A program made the position numbers and the translations under genes. A DNA stretch of 64,000 bases from Octopus vulgaris (lineage: Eukaryota). The notes under the pieces are model-generated. The model was not told the DNA's origin. It worked only from the letters and a program-made list of their open reading frames with translations, and searched no databases. This document shows positions 1 through 12,750 of the stretch, piece after piece. The DNA lies in assembly GCA_951406725.2 (NCBI GenBank), contig OX597815.1, forward strand, positions 135,594,001 through 135,658,000. The letters run 5' to 3'. Within the stretch, counting starts at the first letter, position 1. The number at the start of each line of letters is the position of its first letter.

Positions 1-1
1 A

Positions 2-34
<33 letters not shown>

Positions 35-1096
35 ACACACACACACACACACGCGCGCACGCACGCACACGCACAGACACACATCTAGTATCTCATCGCA
101 TATATTTAGTAAAGTCTGACAGTAGTTCTGACATGCCCCTGTATTGAACATAAATTCATATAAATATAGTTATTATATCATCCAATATAACTGACGTAAT
201 AGATGTTGATTATACAGTTAGCATACTTCCATATGCAATATAGGAGGGCAAATATCACCTCCTCGTAAATTCTCACATTTAATCAAATAGACAGCGAGAA
301 ATGATATAATTCCATTTCGTCATAGCTAGATGGTTTTGTCCGTTGAGAGTTTATGTGTCTTAGTCAATGATAACACGTACAACCGGCGGCAGAAGCTCCA
401 GCCCCTTGGTACTTTACTTGGTATCCTATCAACTAAGACATCTGTGAATTAGAGGCTGATATATCAGGGTGTTTATCATCGGATTTAATACTGTTTGGAT
501 GATAAGAATTATATCTTCTCTCTGGATACGATTATCGCATATGACATTCTCAGAACATCGGTATCTATTCACTTTTGATGTATTTCCTTAAATCATTCAG
601 TTTCCTCTTCTACCATGAATTACGACAAGCAAACGAAGAAATCTCTCTGCAACTTCTCAATCTACAAGAAATAACAGCTAAATCTTTTTCAAGTGACATT
701 CTACGCTATGGTTACAACAGGAAAGCTTTCAAAAGAGACTTGCTCCACCATGAGGAACTAGGGATAAGAAAACAACAACAAACAAACAAACAACAACTCA
801 ATAAATCTAATTACTTTTCTTTGTCTCACCATTAATACTATCTCACACGACTCAGATTTCGAAGTAAAGAATTTGTTCAACAATTTTTCCCCGTAGAATT
901 TTAGTCCATGTGAACTCTCTCTTTGTCCAAGTATTACGGTTTTTCTTTTTTTTTTCTGGAGATGTACTTGCATAGCAAGTGATTTGATCTGAGATCGTGT
1001 GCTAGAACGAAAACAATTGCAGCGTGGAAGGTGTTTGTAAGTCATTTAAGAAACACACAAAAGCCGTTCGATTCACTTCAATATTTAAGTTCAAGT

Positions 1097-1143
1097 TGTC
1101 AAAATATTTTCGTCGCTTTAAGACCGCGACCTGTTCACTGACA
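1097..1143 (-). ncRNA. Minimal type-I hammerhead ribozyme motif, G3-C8 core variant
   Basis: Minus strand reads TGTCA-GTGAACA-G-GTCGC-ggtcttaaa-GCGAC-GAA-AATATT-T-TGACA: 5-bp stem I, core box, 5-bp stem II, GAAA and palindromic helix III. Confidence 0.7.
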
Positions 1144-1152
1144 GCACGGATT

Positions 1153-1203
1153 TTTGTCAGTGAACAGGTCGCGTTCTCAAAGCGACGAAAATATTTTGGC
1201 AAA
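1153..1203 (+). ncRNA. Minimal type-I hammerhead ribozyme motif, G3-C8 core variant
   Basis: TTTGTCA-GTGAACA-G-GTCGC-gttctcaaa-GCGAC-GAA-AATATT-T-TGGCAAA. Stem I is 7 bp with one G-U; the stem II loop differs from the sister copy while the pairing is kept. Confidence 0.7.
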
Positions 1204-1574
1204 TTAAATTTAAATGTTGAAGCGAATCGAAAGGCTTTTGTGTGTTTCTTAAATGGGTTACAAACACCTTCCACGCTGCAATTGTTTTTCTTTTCTTTAT
1301 CTATTGAATGCTAACAAGTAAGTGTTAAATTCGGAAATAAACAGTATCGATGTCATCTGTCAGAGGTATGAGGTGCGTGTGTGGTTCAAGAGCTTATGGA
1401 CACTGTCCATTCATCATCCAACCATCATCATTCCATTCATTTACCCTGCTACCACCACCACCACCACCGCCAGCATTCATCAGCGTCCCTAAATCCACAC
1501 CACAACCATCTCAGCTGCACTGGCAACCGACGTCGGTTTTGCCGCAATCGACGTCGGCACCGCCACCGCTAACA

Positions 1575-2110
1575 TCGCCGCTACTGTCGCCGCTGCTACC
1601 GCTGCCGCCGCTGCCCCCGCCGCTGCCGCCGCTGCCCCCGCCGCTGCCGCCGCTGCCCCCGCCGCGCCGCCGCTGCCCCCGCCGCTGCCGCCGCTGCCCC
1701 CGCCGCTGCCGCCGCTGCCCCCGCCGCTGCCGCCGCTGCCCCCGCCGCTGCCGCCGCTGCCCCCGTCGCTGCCGCCGCTGCCCCCGCCGCTGCCGCCGCT
1801 GCCCCCGCCGCTGCCGCCGCTGCCTCCGCTGCCGCCGCTGCCGCCGCTGCCGCCGCTGCCGCCGCTGCCGCCACTGCCGCCGCTGCCGCCGCTGCCGCCG
1901 CTGCCGCCGCTACCGCCGCTGCCGCCGCTGCCGCCGCTACCGCCGCTGCCGCCGCTGCCGTCACCGCTGCGATGCTGCCGTCGCTGCGATGCTGCCGCCG
2001 CTGCGATAATGCCGCCGCTGCCGCCGCTACCGCCGCTGCCGCCGCTGCCGCCGCTGCCGCCGCTGCCGCCGCTGCCGCCGCTGCCGCCGCTGCCGCCGCT
2101 GCCACCGCCA
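1575..2110. repeat. GC-rich tandem array of (GCCGCCGCT)n with a 21-bp higher-order unit (CCCCCGCCGCTGCCGCCGCTG)
   Basis: Directly visible. It translates as poly-PPL, RRC or poly-Ala depending on frame. Confidence 0.95.
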
Positions 2111-3188
2111 GCGCCGCTGCTAACGCTGCTGCCGTTTCTGATGCTGTCGTCGTGGTCTTTACTGCTGCCTTCGCCGCCGCCCTCATCACCGCCGCCATCG
2201 CATAGATGTTTTGTGGCATGTGTATGGTCAAGTGGATCTGATTCGATCTATCATAATTCAAAACACTGGCAAGGTATTAGTTATGTTTTCTGAGATGAAA
2301 CAGAAAAATCTACGTTCATCTTAGGTGAGTAGTATTTCTTTGTTGAAACAAACGTTTTAAAGAAACCTGAATTTCGGTTTCACACCTGAACAGATGAAGT
2401 GTCTTTAAATGTATTACTTGTTTGGAACGACAAAATAACGATACAAAGTTGTTCTTAAGAAAGAAAAGAAAAAGAAAAAAAAAATGATAAGGAAAAGTAA
2501 AGCTCTCGTTTGACGATAAATCGCTTCAGACACTTCTAAACACCGAATCAAGAAGAATTAAAGTTTCTTTTTTAGCCCTGGGTCGGTCAGCACGCGCTTA
2601 GTAGTCCTATGATCAAAGGCATTCCAGCTACGAACGTTCCAACTTTTTCGGGTGTTGGATAACGAGAACGACAAATAGTATTGCGCCCTACATACTTAAG
2701 GTGGTAGAATGTAAGGGGCTACTCCTTATAGGATGTCGAGGGATCACGTAGAGGAGACTTCCTTTTAGGTTCGAGATAAAAGAATTCAAATGTCTCGGCT
2801 TGCGTTGCTTTTGATTTGCGTGCTGAGGCTGAATACGTTGCGCGTAACGCATGGTATATAAAACGGAGACAGCGTCCACAGTTAGGAAAGGCGTGCTCGC
2901 GTATGTGTGTGTGTGTGTGGCGAGGCGGACGAGGTCTCCACCTAGCGAGTTTAGCTTCGAAAAAGTTTTAAAGACGTGCTTTAATCTGATTTTCATTCTA
3001 TACTTTGTAGTATGGGGAAATCCAGTTATGTAATTGCAAAAAATGGTTATGAGATTCGGGATTCATGTTGCTATTGTAAGATTGAGTAGAATATTAAGGG
3101 GAATGACAATATGTAAGAGTATTTGATAGGGTCCTGTCTCGGTCAACAGGGTCATCAAGTCGTTTTGTTCTTGGGCAACACACGCACG

Positions 3189-3272
<84 letters not shown>

Positions 3273-3424
3273 TATCTATCAATCTGTCTGTCTTTTTTAT
3301 TTGTTGTGCTTTAGTTAAATCTCTTGGCTCATGTAGCACCCATTTATAGACTTCGTCATCAAATAGTAAAATAGAGGCGAATAGCCGAAATCATTAGAGC
3401 GTTGGATAGGAAAGCCTCACGGAA

Positions 3425-3658
3425 GGCGGTGAGCTGGCAGAATCGTTAGCACGTCGGGCGAAATGCGTAGCCGTATTTCGTCTGCCGTTACGTTCTGGGT
3501 TCAAATACCGCCGAGGTCGACTTTTGCCTTTCATCCTTTCGGGGTCGATAAATTAAGTACCAGTTACGCACTGGGGTCGATATAATCGACTTAATCCCTT
3601 TGTCTGTCCTTGTTTGTCCTCTCTGTGTTTAGACCCCCCGTGGGTAGTAAAGAAATAG
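3425..3658 (+). mobile_element. tRNA-derived SINE family B (Deu/Nin-like core)
   Basis: GGCGGTGAGCTGGCAGAATCGTTAGC head, B-box-like GGTTCAAATACC, and core GCCTTTCATCCTTTCGGGGTCGATAAATTAAGTACCAG. Many copies occur in the window. Confidence 0.85.
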
Positions 3659-4212
3659 GAAGCCTCTCGGAATTTTTTCTTCCACTTTCTATGGCTCTGA
3701 AGCCAAATGTTGCTGATGTCAACACAAACCTTTCATCTTCTTGGGGCTGATAATAAGTACTAATAACAGTTCGGTAGATTATAAGAAAGTTGGACTGGAT
3801 ACCTTGCGGTAATTGCTTCGGTTCCTTGCGTTTTGTGCTGAAATCCCACAGTAGCTTACTTGAATGGTGTTTACTTATTTCGTCGCTCTGTTCGGCACGC
3901 TTATCTGGTACCTCGAATACCTCTAGCGGAGTCCACCCTGCTGCAAGCACTTCAATTTCTGTAGCCCTGCGATTGTCCACTTTAGAAAAGGAGCAGAATA
4001 CCTCTATACTGATATAAATTGCTTCGATGACATTACTCCCAGTTAGTTTCGTTACAAGGCGTCTTCCTTGCTCTTGTATTTATTTTTAGACTTTCTCTCT
4101 CATTTCTATCTTCATCTCCTCATACTTCTGCAGCACTTCTTGTTGCTTGTACTTAAATTAAAAACAATCATCGTCGTCGTCATCATCATCATCATATATT
4201 ATTATAATTATA

Positions 4213-4284
<72 letters not shown>

Positions 4285-5029
4285 AGTTCAAATTCCGCGC
4301 TAGATAAATTTTGGCTTATATCCCTCCGAGGTCGATAAAATAAAACACCAATGAAATACTGACTTCGATGATATCATCTAGCTCCCACCTTGATTTCTGG
4401 TCTTTTTCCAGTGCTAAAAACAATTGACAGGGTCGGTAAATAACTGATCTGATTTCGAATCTTTCCGCAAACGACTTTGCCTTACAGTCTTCTGTGGATC
4501 GATAAAACAGGTATTGAAACCAGCCAAATTCTAGAATCTATGCAATCTTTAAATGATTGGCATTGTTCATACTTCAACAATCATCATTGTTGTTGTTACT
4601 GGTGTTTCAGTTTTATGGTTTCTTTATGATGATATTACCCTACCTTAACTTCAGTCTTGCACATAAAAATACCTCCCCTACCTTCTATAACACGCATTAA
4701 ATCCCTTTCAAATGAAATATATCCCTGCAATATGCCTATTTTAAAATTCAATTCGAATGACGTGCTAACAAGCTGCTAGCGACAAGCTATAAAACCCGAT
4801 GCGTTTTATTGCTTGCGCACGCACCTAATGCATGTCTGTAACGGAAGAGAAATGTGTTGTCTTCAGAAAAATAATGGAAAAGGTCCAAGAAAGGTGGAAG
4901 GAAAGAGTGCGAAGGAGATAGAGGGAGAGATAGAGAGAGAGATGGAGAGAAAAGGGAAGGAGAGAGAGGGGAAAAAGAGATAGACGGGAAGTAACACAGA
5001 AAACGGTGGTACTACTACTACCACCACCG

Positions 5030-5081
<52 letters not shown>

Positions 5082-6854
5082 TACCACCACCACCACCACT
5101 ACTACTACTGGTGGTGGTGGTGGTGGCGGATGATGAATATTGTGGCATTATGGAAGCAAGCGCGGCGGGTGCCTTTTAAGGCAATAAATCGTCATCAAAT
5201 ATTTAACAGCAAGCATGAAAGGCCAGAAAAGGAGTTAAAACGGGTCGACATGTATATGTTATTTTTATGGTGTGATGTTGTGGAGTAATGCTGGGACTCG
5301 AATGAAGATAGATAGGGGAAATAGAAGTAGTAGTTATGGGTAGTGGGTGATTGACTGGCTGGTGGATACTAATGAGAGGTGGTCATGAACAGAGTGGAAG
5401 TTGTTTGATTAAACGGAACATGGCGCTCTCTTCAGCAGAATGAGAAAATAGATAGTATTGGCGGCAGTTCTAGTATAGCAGCAGTGTGGAAATTACGGTA
5501 ATAGGGATGATAGGTGATAGTGGTGATGATAAGGAAGAAGCCGACGGAGAAGTGGTGGGTTTGATGATAGTAGTTACGATGGTGATGGTGGTGGTAGTGA
5601 TATTCGCGTTGTTGACGACGATGATGATGATGGTGGTGAGATGGGAGTGGTGATGGTGGTGTTGGTGATGAAGATGATGGTGGTAAAGTGGGCTTGATGT
5701 TGTTGCTGTTGGCGACTGGTGGTAGAAGTAGTTTTTCACTGTTGTTTAAACCTATGTCAATCCTGACCAAGTAGAACTACGATCAAAGGTGACCCAGTCA
5801 CGTCTCTTCTTTGTTTGTATGTCTAGGAATATTACTGTACAAAATATCTTTTCTTTTTCAGGATGGTAGAGTGCGATTTGTGAGAGAGTTGGCTACTATG
5901 AATATGAATCAATGTTTCTGTCTATTAATGGGGGAAATTAGTGCATCAATAGATGCGTTCTACTTCTAGTCACTACAGAGTAGGTTTGTACTTGAAACAT
6001 CGATAAAATTGTCGCGATTACGTAGTCGTTGATACATTGTCCAGAACTCTTCTGCTCTCTGTTTGCTCAAAAGAAGAGCATACATTTGTATATTATTTTA
6101 TTCTTCCATCAATAATATTTGCAATGGATCGGCAGAATCATTAGAACGTCGGAAAAAATGCTTTGTTCTATTTCTTCCGGTTTTCTATTTTCTGAGTTTA
6201 AATCCTGCCGCAGTCAGCATTGCTTTTTATCTCACCGGGGTCTATAAAATAAACCTAGTTCTGTGTTCGATGTAAGCGACTAATACTTCACCTAAAAACT
6301 GCTGGCCTTGTACCTATATTAGAAGCCATTATTATTTTTTAAAAATATACCAACAATAGCTATCTTAAAGTCCGAAAATATCGCTTTACAATAAAGTCCC
6401 CTTACTATTCAACTCACTTAACCCGTCATTGTAGAAACTTCTTTATGTGCTTTCCACTGAGAGACGATCACAGTATGCACCGTGACAAATAGATGGCCTC
6501 TTAAGGCATTTTTGACTAGAATTAGCAGGTGGTATTACCAAGAAGTAAAGCCAGGATTATATGAAAGGCGCTTCAATACTTTAAATTTAATTTTCTGGAA
6601 GATTTCAACAGTGAGTAGTAGTCTGGTGACAGTATTTATTGCAGATAAATAATGAGCCATTCTCATAGTCTGTCAGAGGCTCCCTCTCTTTTTTAAGGTG
6701 TGGTTATATTTGAATGTGCCTCTATTGACAGGCAAGATTTTTACTTTATCGATCCACCAAAACAGTTACTCAGATTATCTTCGCAAATGGCCAGAATTAC
6801 TCCACTAACGATTTGTAGAATACGACAGTCAGCTTTCTGCCGACAAGTAATAAT

Positions 6855-7065
6855 GGTTTCAAATTTTGGCACAAGGGTAGCAATTTCAAGAGAAGGGGTA
6901 AGTCGATTACATTGACTCCAGTGTTCAACTGGTACGTATTTTATCGATCTCGAAAAGATGAAAGGCAAAGTCAAACCTCGGCGGAATTTGAACTCAGAAC
7001 GTATCGACGGGCGAGATACGGCTAAGTATTTTGTCCGGCGTGCTAACGATTCTGTCAGCTCACCG
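6855..7065 (-). mobile_element. SINE family B
   Basis: Reverse complement of the 3425-3658 head and core. More degenerate copies lie near 4280-4400, 6128-6320, 8600-8890, 18090-18220, 26572-26670 and 57890-58000. Confidence 0.8.
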
Positions 7066-7554
7066 AGGGGCACAACACAAGAACAGACAACAATTTGTGT
7101 GGGGATTTATATAAAGAATGGAGAGAAAGAAAAGGAAAAGACGGTGAAATGCGATAAAATATGAATATTGCAGTTCTCCCGATACAGGAGAAGCTCCTAC
7201 TAGAGCTAATCAAGAAACTCTACAAAGCCAAGTTTACCTTAATCAACAAAGGTACGAGCTCTTTCTCCTGCTCTCCAATCTACAGATACATACTCAGAGC
7301 AGATCCGTTGTTTCCAATAATTTTTTCCAAAGTCATCCATCTTTTTATAATTCACTGCGAGACCGCATCTTACCCTTCATCCACACTCTCTTTTCCAAGT
7401 GGGACTTAAAAATGTCGATGCGAGCTTGACCGAAGAGGAAGGTGTCCATCCGTAATCCTTTCAGCCTCGTCCATCACGCAACCTTATTCGTCATAGACAG
7501 AGGAACACCGCGTGCCCTGTCTGTTAAAGGTGGGTGGTGGGGCGATCCCAATAG

Positions 7555-8360
7555 CTCTCTTTTACTCTTTTATTCTTTTACTTGCTTCAGTCATTTGACT
7601 GTGGTCATGCTGGAGCACCGCCTTTAGTCGAGCAAATCGACCCCAGGACTTATTCTTTGTAAGCCTAGTACTTATTCTATCGTTTTTTTTGCCGAACCGC
7701 TAAGCTACGGGGATCTAAAGACACAAACATCGGTTGTCAGGCGATGTTGGGGGGACAAACACAGACACACAAACATACACACACACACACATACATACAT
7801 ATATCAGACCGCTTATCCCGTCTCTCTCATAAGCTGTCTCCTTAAGCGTTCAGAATAAATTTTCCATCGTCTTGGCTTAACAACCCTCATCGTTTGTTTT
7901 TACTGTGTTATTCTCTTTGTTTTGTCTTTTACTGTTTTTACTCTCTTGTTTTGTTCTTACTGTCCTGTTCTTGTTACCACTTTTACCCCTCCGCAAAAAA
8001 TCCCAAATTTTATTTAATTTGCTTTGCGGGAAGGACTGTTTCAACGAAGTCGCGTCTTGTCCTTACCTTCGAACGCGGAGTAGATGAAAAAAGGCACATC
8101 TGAAGAAGGAGAACATTCCTTGTGTTGTATGTCTTGTACTCTGTTTTTTCGCTGTTTGAAAAAAAGTTCGTTTCCATGTTTTTATTTTTGTGTTTTCGTT
8201 TCTCATTGTGTTCAACGTTTTTTGATGTCCTGTACCCATATATGCATGTATATATACATATAGATATAGGTATGTACATATATGTATGTATATATGTATA
8301 TATTTATATATTATTTATATTATTATATGATCGAACGTCACGCATCCTTTTCCAAGTAAG

Positions 8361-8407
<47 letters not shown>

Positions 8408-8573
8408 TACGACAGGCTTCTTTCAGTTTCCGTCTACCAAATCCACTCACAAAGGTTTTGGTCGGCCCGAGGCTATAGTAAGAGACACTTGCCCAAGGTA
8501 CCACGCAGTGGGACTGAACCCGGAACCATGTGGTTGGTAAGCAAGCTACTTACCACACAACCACTCCTACGCC
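7555..8573 (-). mobile_element. SINE family A, split by an insertion in its internal microsatellite
   Basis: The 3' half (7555-7800) and the 5' half with tRNA-like head GGCGTAGGAGTGGTTGTGTGGTAAG...GGTTCAGTCCC (8405-8573) are contiguous in the copy at 25899-26305. Confidence 0.85.
7805..8360 (+). mobile_element. TA-associated dispersed repeat (pseudo-LTR-like family ending GTCCTGTACCCATATA)
   Basis: 8050-8260 is homologous to the reverse complement of 14560-14775. It shares its terminus with the fold-back at 16572-16930. Confidence 0.6.
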
Positions 8574-8913
8574 TTGGAGTTGTTAATGAATTAAACATAC
8601 ATCCGGCAATTTCAAGGGGAGATGGCTAGCTCCTTAAATCGATCCCAATACTTCGCTGGTCCTTTATTTTATCGACCCTAGAGAGATGTAAGGTGAAGTT
8701 GGCTTCGGTAGGATAGTCAGCAAAAATACTGCAATCGACTCTACTGATCCATTATTCTTTAATTCTATTTTAGGTACAAGTTCCGGCAATTTGGGGTGTT
8801 AACCGTTTGAGTCCAGTACTTCAATAGTACTCTATTTTTCGACCCAGGAGATTGAAAAGCAGAGTTATGTGAGCATGAATTGAACTTACGACGTAAATAC
8901 CTATAAGTAACTA

Positions 8914-9316
8914 CCTATTTCTTTACTACCCACAAGGGGCTAAAGGCAGAGGGGACAAACAAGGACAGACATAGGTATTAAATCGATTACATCGACCCCA
9001 GTGCGTAACTGGTACTTAATTTATCGACCCCGAAAGGATGAAAGGCAAAGTCGACCTCGGCGGAATTTGAACTCAGAACGTAGCAACGGGCGAAATACCT
9101 ATTTCTTTATTACCCACAAGGGGCTAAAGACAGAGGGGACAAACAAGGACAGACATAGGTATTAAATCGATTACATCGACCCCAGTGCATAACTGTTACT
9201 TAATTTATCGACCCCGAAAGGATGAAAGGCAAAGTCGACTTCGGCGGAATTTGAACTCAGAACGTAGCGACAGACGAAATACGGCTACGCATTTCGCCCG
9301 GCGTGCTAACGTTTCT
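8914..9316 (-). mobile_element. SINE family B, tandem dimer
   Basis: Two near-identical units of about 185 bp (8914-9098 and 9099-9280) followed by the head. Confidence 0.9.
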
Positions 9317-11239
9317 ATAAGTAACTACCGTAAGGTATTGTCCGATGTTTTAGTGATTCTGCTAGTCCATCATCACTAATAATAATAAATGCAACTATGC
9401 TAGAAGTAATCATTGACTAAAACCCGAACGACTCCACACATCAATCAAAACCACCTTGGAAAATGCGAGCAGTCAGAAAAAAGAGTTAAATACTAACTGT
9501 TATAAGAATTTAAAGAAAGAAATCAATATAGGCCGAAGTAAAGAAAGAAAAAAAAAAATACTAAATAGTTGAAATATGGCTCTTCACTCATATGGGAATT
9601 GTCAAAAACAGAGTAGCAGACATTAGCCAATGGAACAAGCAGACAAGAATAGCTCGCTCCGGCATTTGTTCATTTGCAGATTAATCTCAACCAGCATGAA
9701 GGAAGACTATACCCATTGCGTGATTACTGTATTGACGTGCTAGAAATAGCAGCAAACTGCGGCTAAATCGCTCTGAGGCAACACCCGTCAGTTTGAAAAG
9801 AAAAGAGTGAAAGAGATGGGAAGGATACATTTATAATGTAATCCAAGAACACTACGTTTGAAAGCTAAACGAGTGGTTGGTCATGGTTTGAACGCCTTTG
9901 ACCATAATATTATCGAGTGCCTTTAATGTTATTAAGAATTGTGTAAAAATTGTTAAAATATTTTGTGTATATATTGTAGAATTATAACCAGTTTTATGGC
10001 AAATAACAAATGACAAAAACTTATATAGATCCCTAAGGGCCTTATCAACCCCGGTTGAGAACCACTAGTCTAGACACTCATTTGTTCATTAAACACAAGG
10101 GTATCAGAAGAAAATGGTTACAACTTGGCAATAATCTTCCAGTACAGTGGTTCATTTTGTGTCGCGGTGGTAGCAACGACTCAACGAGCAAGTGTCTACA
10201 TAGTCGCTTGAGCTGCAAGAACTAGAAAGGAAATTCCTCTCAAATTGCACGCTGCTGGCTTGGGAAAAGAGATATGATATTGTAAAATGTAGTTCAATAT
10301 ACCTCAAGAAGGACAAGGATGGTCATAGCTACAGTTGCTTTGATGGTAGAGCTACAAATGAAGATTTACTTAAAGGTAAAAAAACACCCAACAAAAACAA
10401 AAACAAAACAACAACAAAAGCAATAACATGATCTACACTATTGAAATCAAAGCAAAGTGTAAGTGATTGCGGTAAAGTTGAAATATTAGTTTTGTACTTT
10501 CACAATTCTATATTTGTGTGATATGCAAAAGATAATCGATTAACGTACAAAACATGTACGCGTTTGCGTGTGTGAGAACATACATACACACATATAAACA
10601 GAGACATAAATGTGTGTCTGAATATAACAATTTGTACGTTTGCGTGTCTATTTGACAGAAATAAAGAAAAAGCAAAAACAGAAAATGAAATACAAATTCA
10701 TTAAGAAAGATCGATATGTTGCTTATGACTCTGGTGTGTGTATGTGTTCGCGCGTGCATATGTTCGCAAGCACATACACACACACGCACGCACACACATA
10801 TATGCATGAATATGTATGTAGGTATATATTTATATAAACACCCACAAACACTCACGCACTTGACAATATCATTACCCTGACACACATAGGCGTACCCACG
10901 AATATATACACGCGAACACATACACTGATCCTCTATCGCTTGGTTTTGGTTGTTAGTTTTTCAGATTTTCGGTCCACTGAACACCTGCATATTGTATTTA
11001 GCATCTGTTCAGAAGACGTGTAACTTTAAGAAGCACAATCCATTTGACGGGCTTTCGCACAACTTCTGTCTAACCAATTTCAATGACATGAATCCAGTCG
11101 ACCCAAAGCTATTGTAGAGCACATTTGTACAAGAAACCATGCTGTTTGAAAGAATAGTGATCTCAGTATTGTATTGAGAACTTCTTTACAACTCATCCGT
11201 ATTTAGTTGCACAAGTATACACATTTTCATATATGTATT

Positions 11240-11475
11240 TTTTATCTTTTGTTTTAGGTATTAGATAGACTACGGCCATATTGGGGAACCGCCTTGAAGA
11301 ATTTTAGTCGAAACAATTGACCCCAGTACTTTGCTTTTACGCCTGGTACTTATTCTATCGATCTTTTTTGCTGAACCGCAAAAAGATCGATAGAATAAGT
11401 ACCAGGCTTACCGTAAACAAGCCAGGACCGGTTGTCAAACGGTGGCGGTAGTGGTGGGACAAACACAGGCACAAG

Positions 11476-11520
<45 letters not shown>

Positions 11521-11700
11521 AACACACACAAACACACATATACGACATGTTTCTTTCAGTTTTCGTTTACCAAATCCACTCACAAGGCTTTAGTCGGCCC
11601 GAGGCTATAGTAGAAGACACTTGCCCAAGGTGCCACGCAATGGGACTGAACCCCAAACCATGTGACTGGGAAGCAAGCTTTTTACTACACAGCCACGCCG
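11240..11700 (-). mobile_element. SINE family A with an internal 28-bp inverted duplication
   Basis: Matches family A. 11341-11368 is the exact reverse complement of 11380-11407. Confidence 0.85.
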
Positions 11701-11899
11701 TATATAATTTATAAAAATCGGTTTATCGACAGAAAAATATTCTAATGGACGACTGCCTGTAACTTAACAATCGATACAAACATTACTTTCGAGTGACCAT
11801 TACCTGTCTCCGTTCTTGAAAATGGTAATGATACTTGCATCTCTGCTATCAGCTGTCAGCTCTTCATGCGCTTACATCAGCAAAACCAGTGCATTCAGT

Positions 11900-12750
11900 T
11901 TTGATGCCAGTTCTTCATACTCAATGTTATATATCTCATATAAAATCAACTGGACTCAGGTGCCGTATTGACATTAAGAGAACGAATTATTTTTTTTTGA
12001 TTTGTGCAACATTAGGCAATGTAACGGAATTGTTCATTATTGGGCTTTCTGCATGGTGGCCAGAGGTCTTTCTTTGACCGCACAACCATAATGAAGCCAA
12101 TTTAGTTGGCTGTCGTCAGATTCTTGTTCTTTTTGTTCACTTTCAACCATCTTTAGATCTATATGGATGCTAGATCTGTTGTAATTGGAACATAGTCTGC
12201 TTTAGTCATTCAAAAAAAAAAAAAACTTTTTGTATCGCGTATACCAGACAGTTACTGAATTTCAAGTATTTTCGTTTCCTAACAATTGTTCCTCCTTGCA
12301 CGTTTTCATATTTGAGTTACAGCCTTAGCTTGACGGCATACTATCCTTTTGTGCCAATTATTTTTCTTACTCTGGTGGGCATGAAAAGCTCTATTTTTGT
12401 CGACAGGTACTTGATTAAATTGTGGTTCTCGACAAACCAGACTTGATGTTTTTACTATGAGGCCCAAGAACTGACAAGCTGCAGAGATGTCTGCTTTTAG
12501 AGAACGTCATCTGTTTTCAACAATTCACAATATTCTATATTGATTGATAAAAATTTATCATTTAGCTTCCAATGAAGTTTCTCTTCCATTTTTTGGATTC
12601 AGAAGGCATTGATTCTGTAGTCGATCGACTTTAGAGCGAATTGAATTGCTGTAATATGCGGCGGTCGGTTCAGCACCTGCCAGGTCCTATCCTAGCGAGT
12701 GTTATGTGCACATCTTTGTGATGCGGGCACGGACGATGATATAGTTTCAC
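11900..12750 (-). pseudogene. Degenerate RTE (BovB-like) LINE fragment: end of APE endonuclease plus linker
   Basis: Minus-strand translation with frameshifts gives YIIVRAR..KDVHITLARIG..C*TDRRI, resembling RTE YIIVR..D.KDV..TRAM.GA.CWTDHRL, and LGPHSK/KHQVWFVENH, resembling RKHQDWFDEN. Confidence 0.6.

Larger units (their letters stand above)
1010..1288. mobile_element. Fold-back element (arms about 134 bp) of a Penelope pseudo-LTR-like family, with hammerhead motifs at its centre
   Basis: 1010-1143 is the imperfect reverse complement of 1155-1288. The ORF track gives near-identical peptides on both strands (MEGVCKSFKKHTKA / MEGVCNPFKKHTKA). A related copy lies at about 14860-15100. Confidence 0.8.

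Noticed and set aside
520-835. Possible Penelope ORF N-terminal remnant (FDVFP*IIQF..KRDLL)
   Set aside because: Only a faint resemblance, with stops. It needs a profile search.
1350-2293. Long ORFs (219 aa Pro/Arg-Cys-rich; 221 aa poly-Ala)
   Set aside because: They are open only because the 9-mer repeat lacks stop codons. There is no domain or splice evidence.
8060-8125. Hammerhead at CTGAAGA-AGGAGAACATTCCTT
   Set aside because: No GAAA follows the stem, and no consistent stem I forms in a permuted fold.
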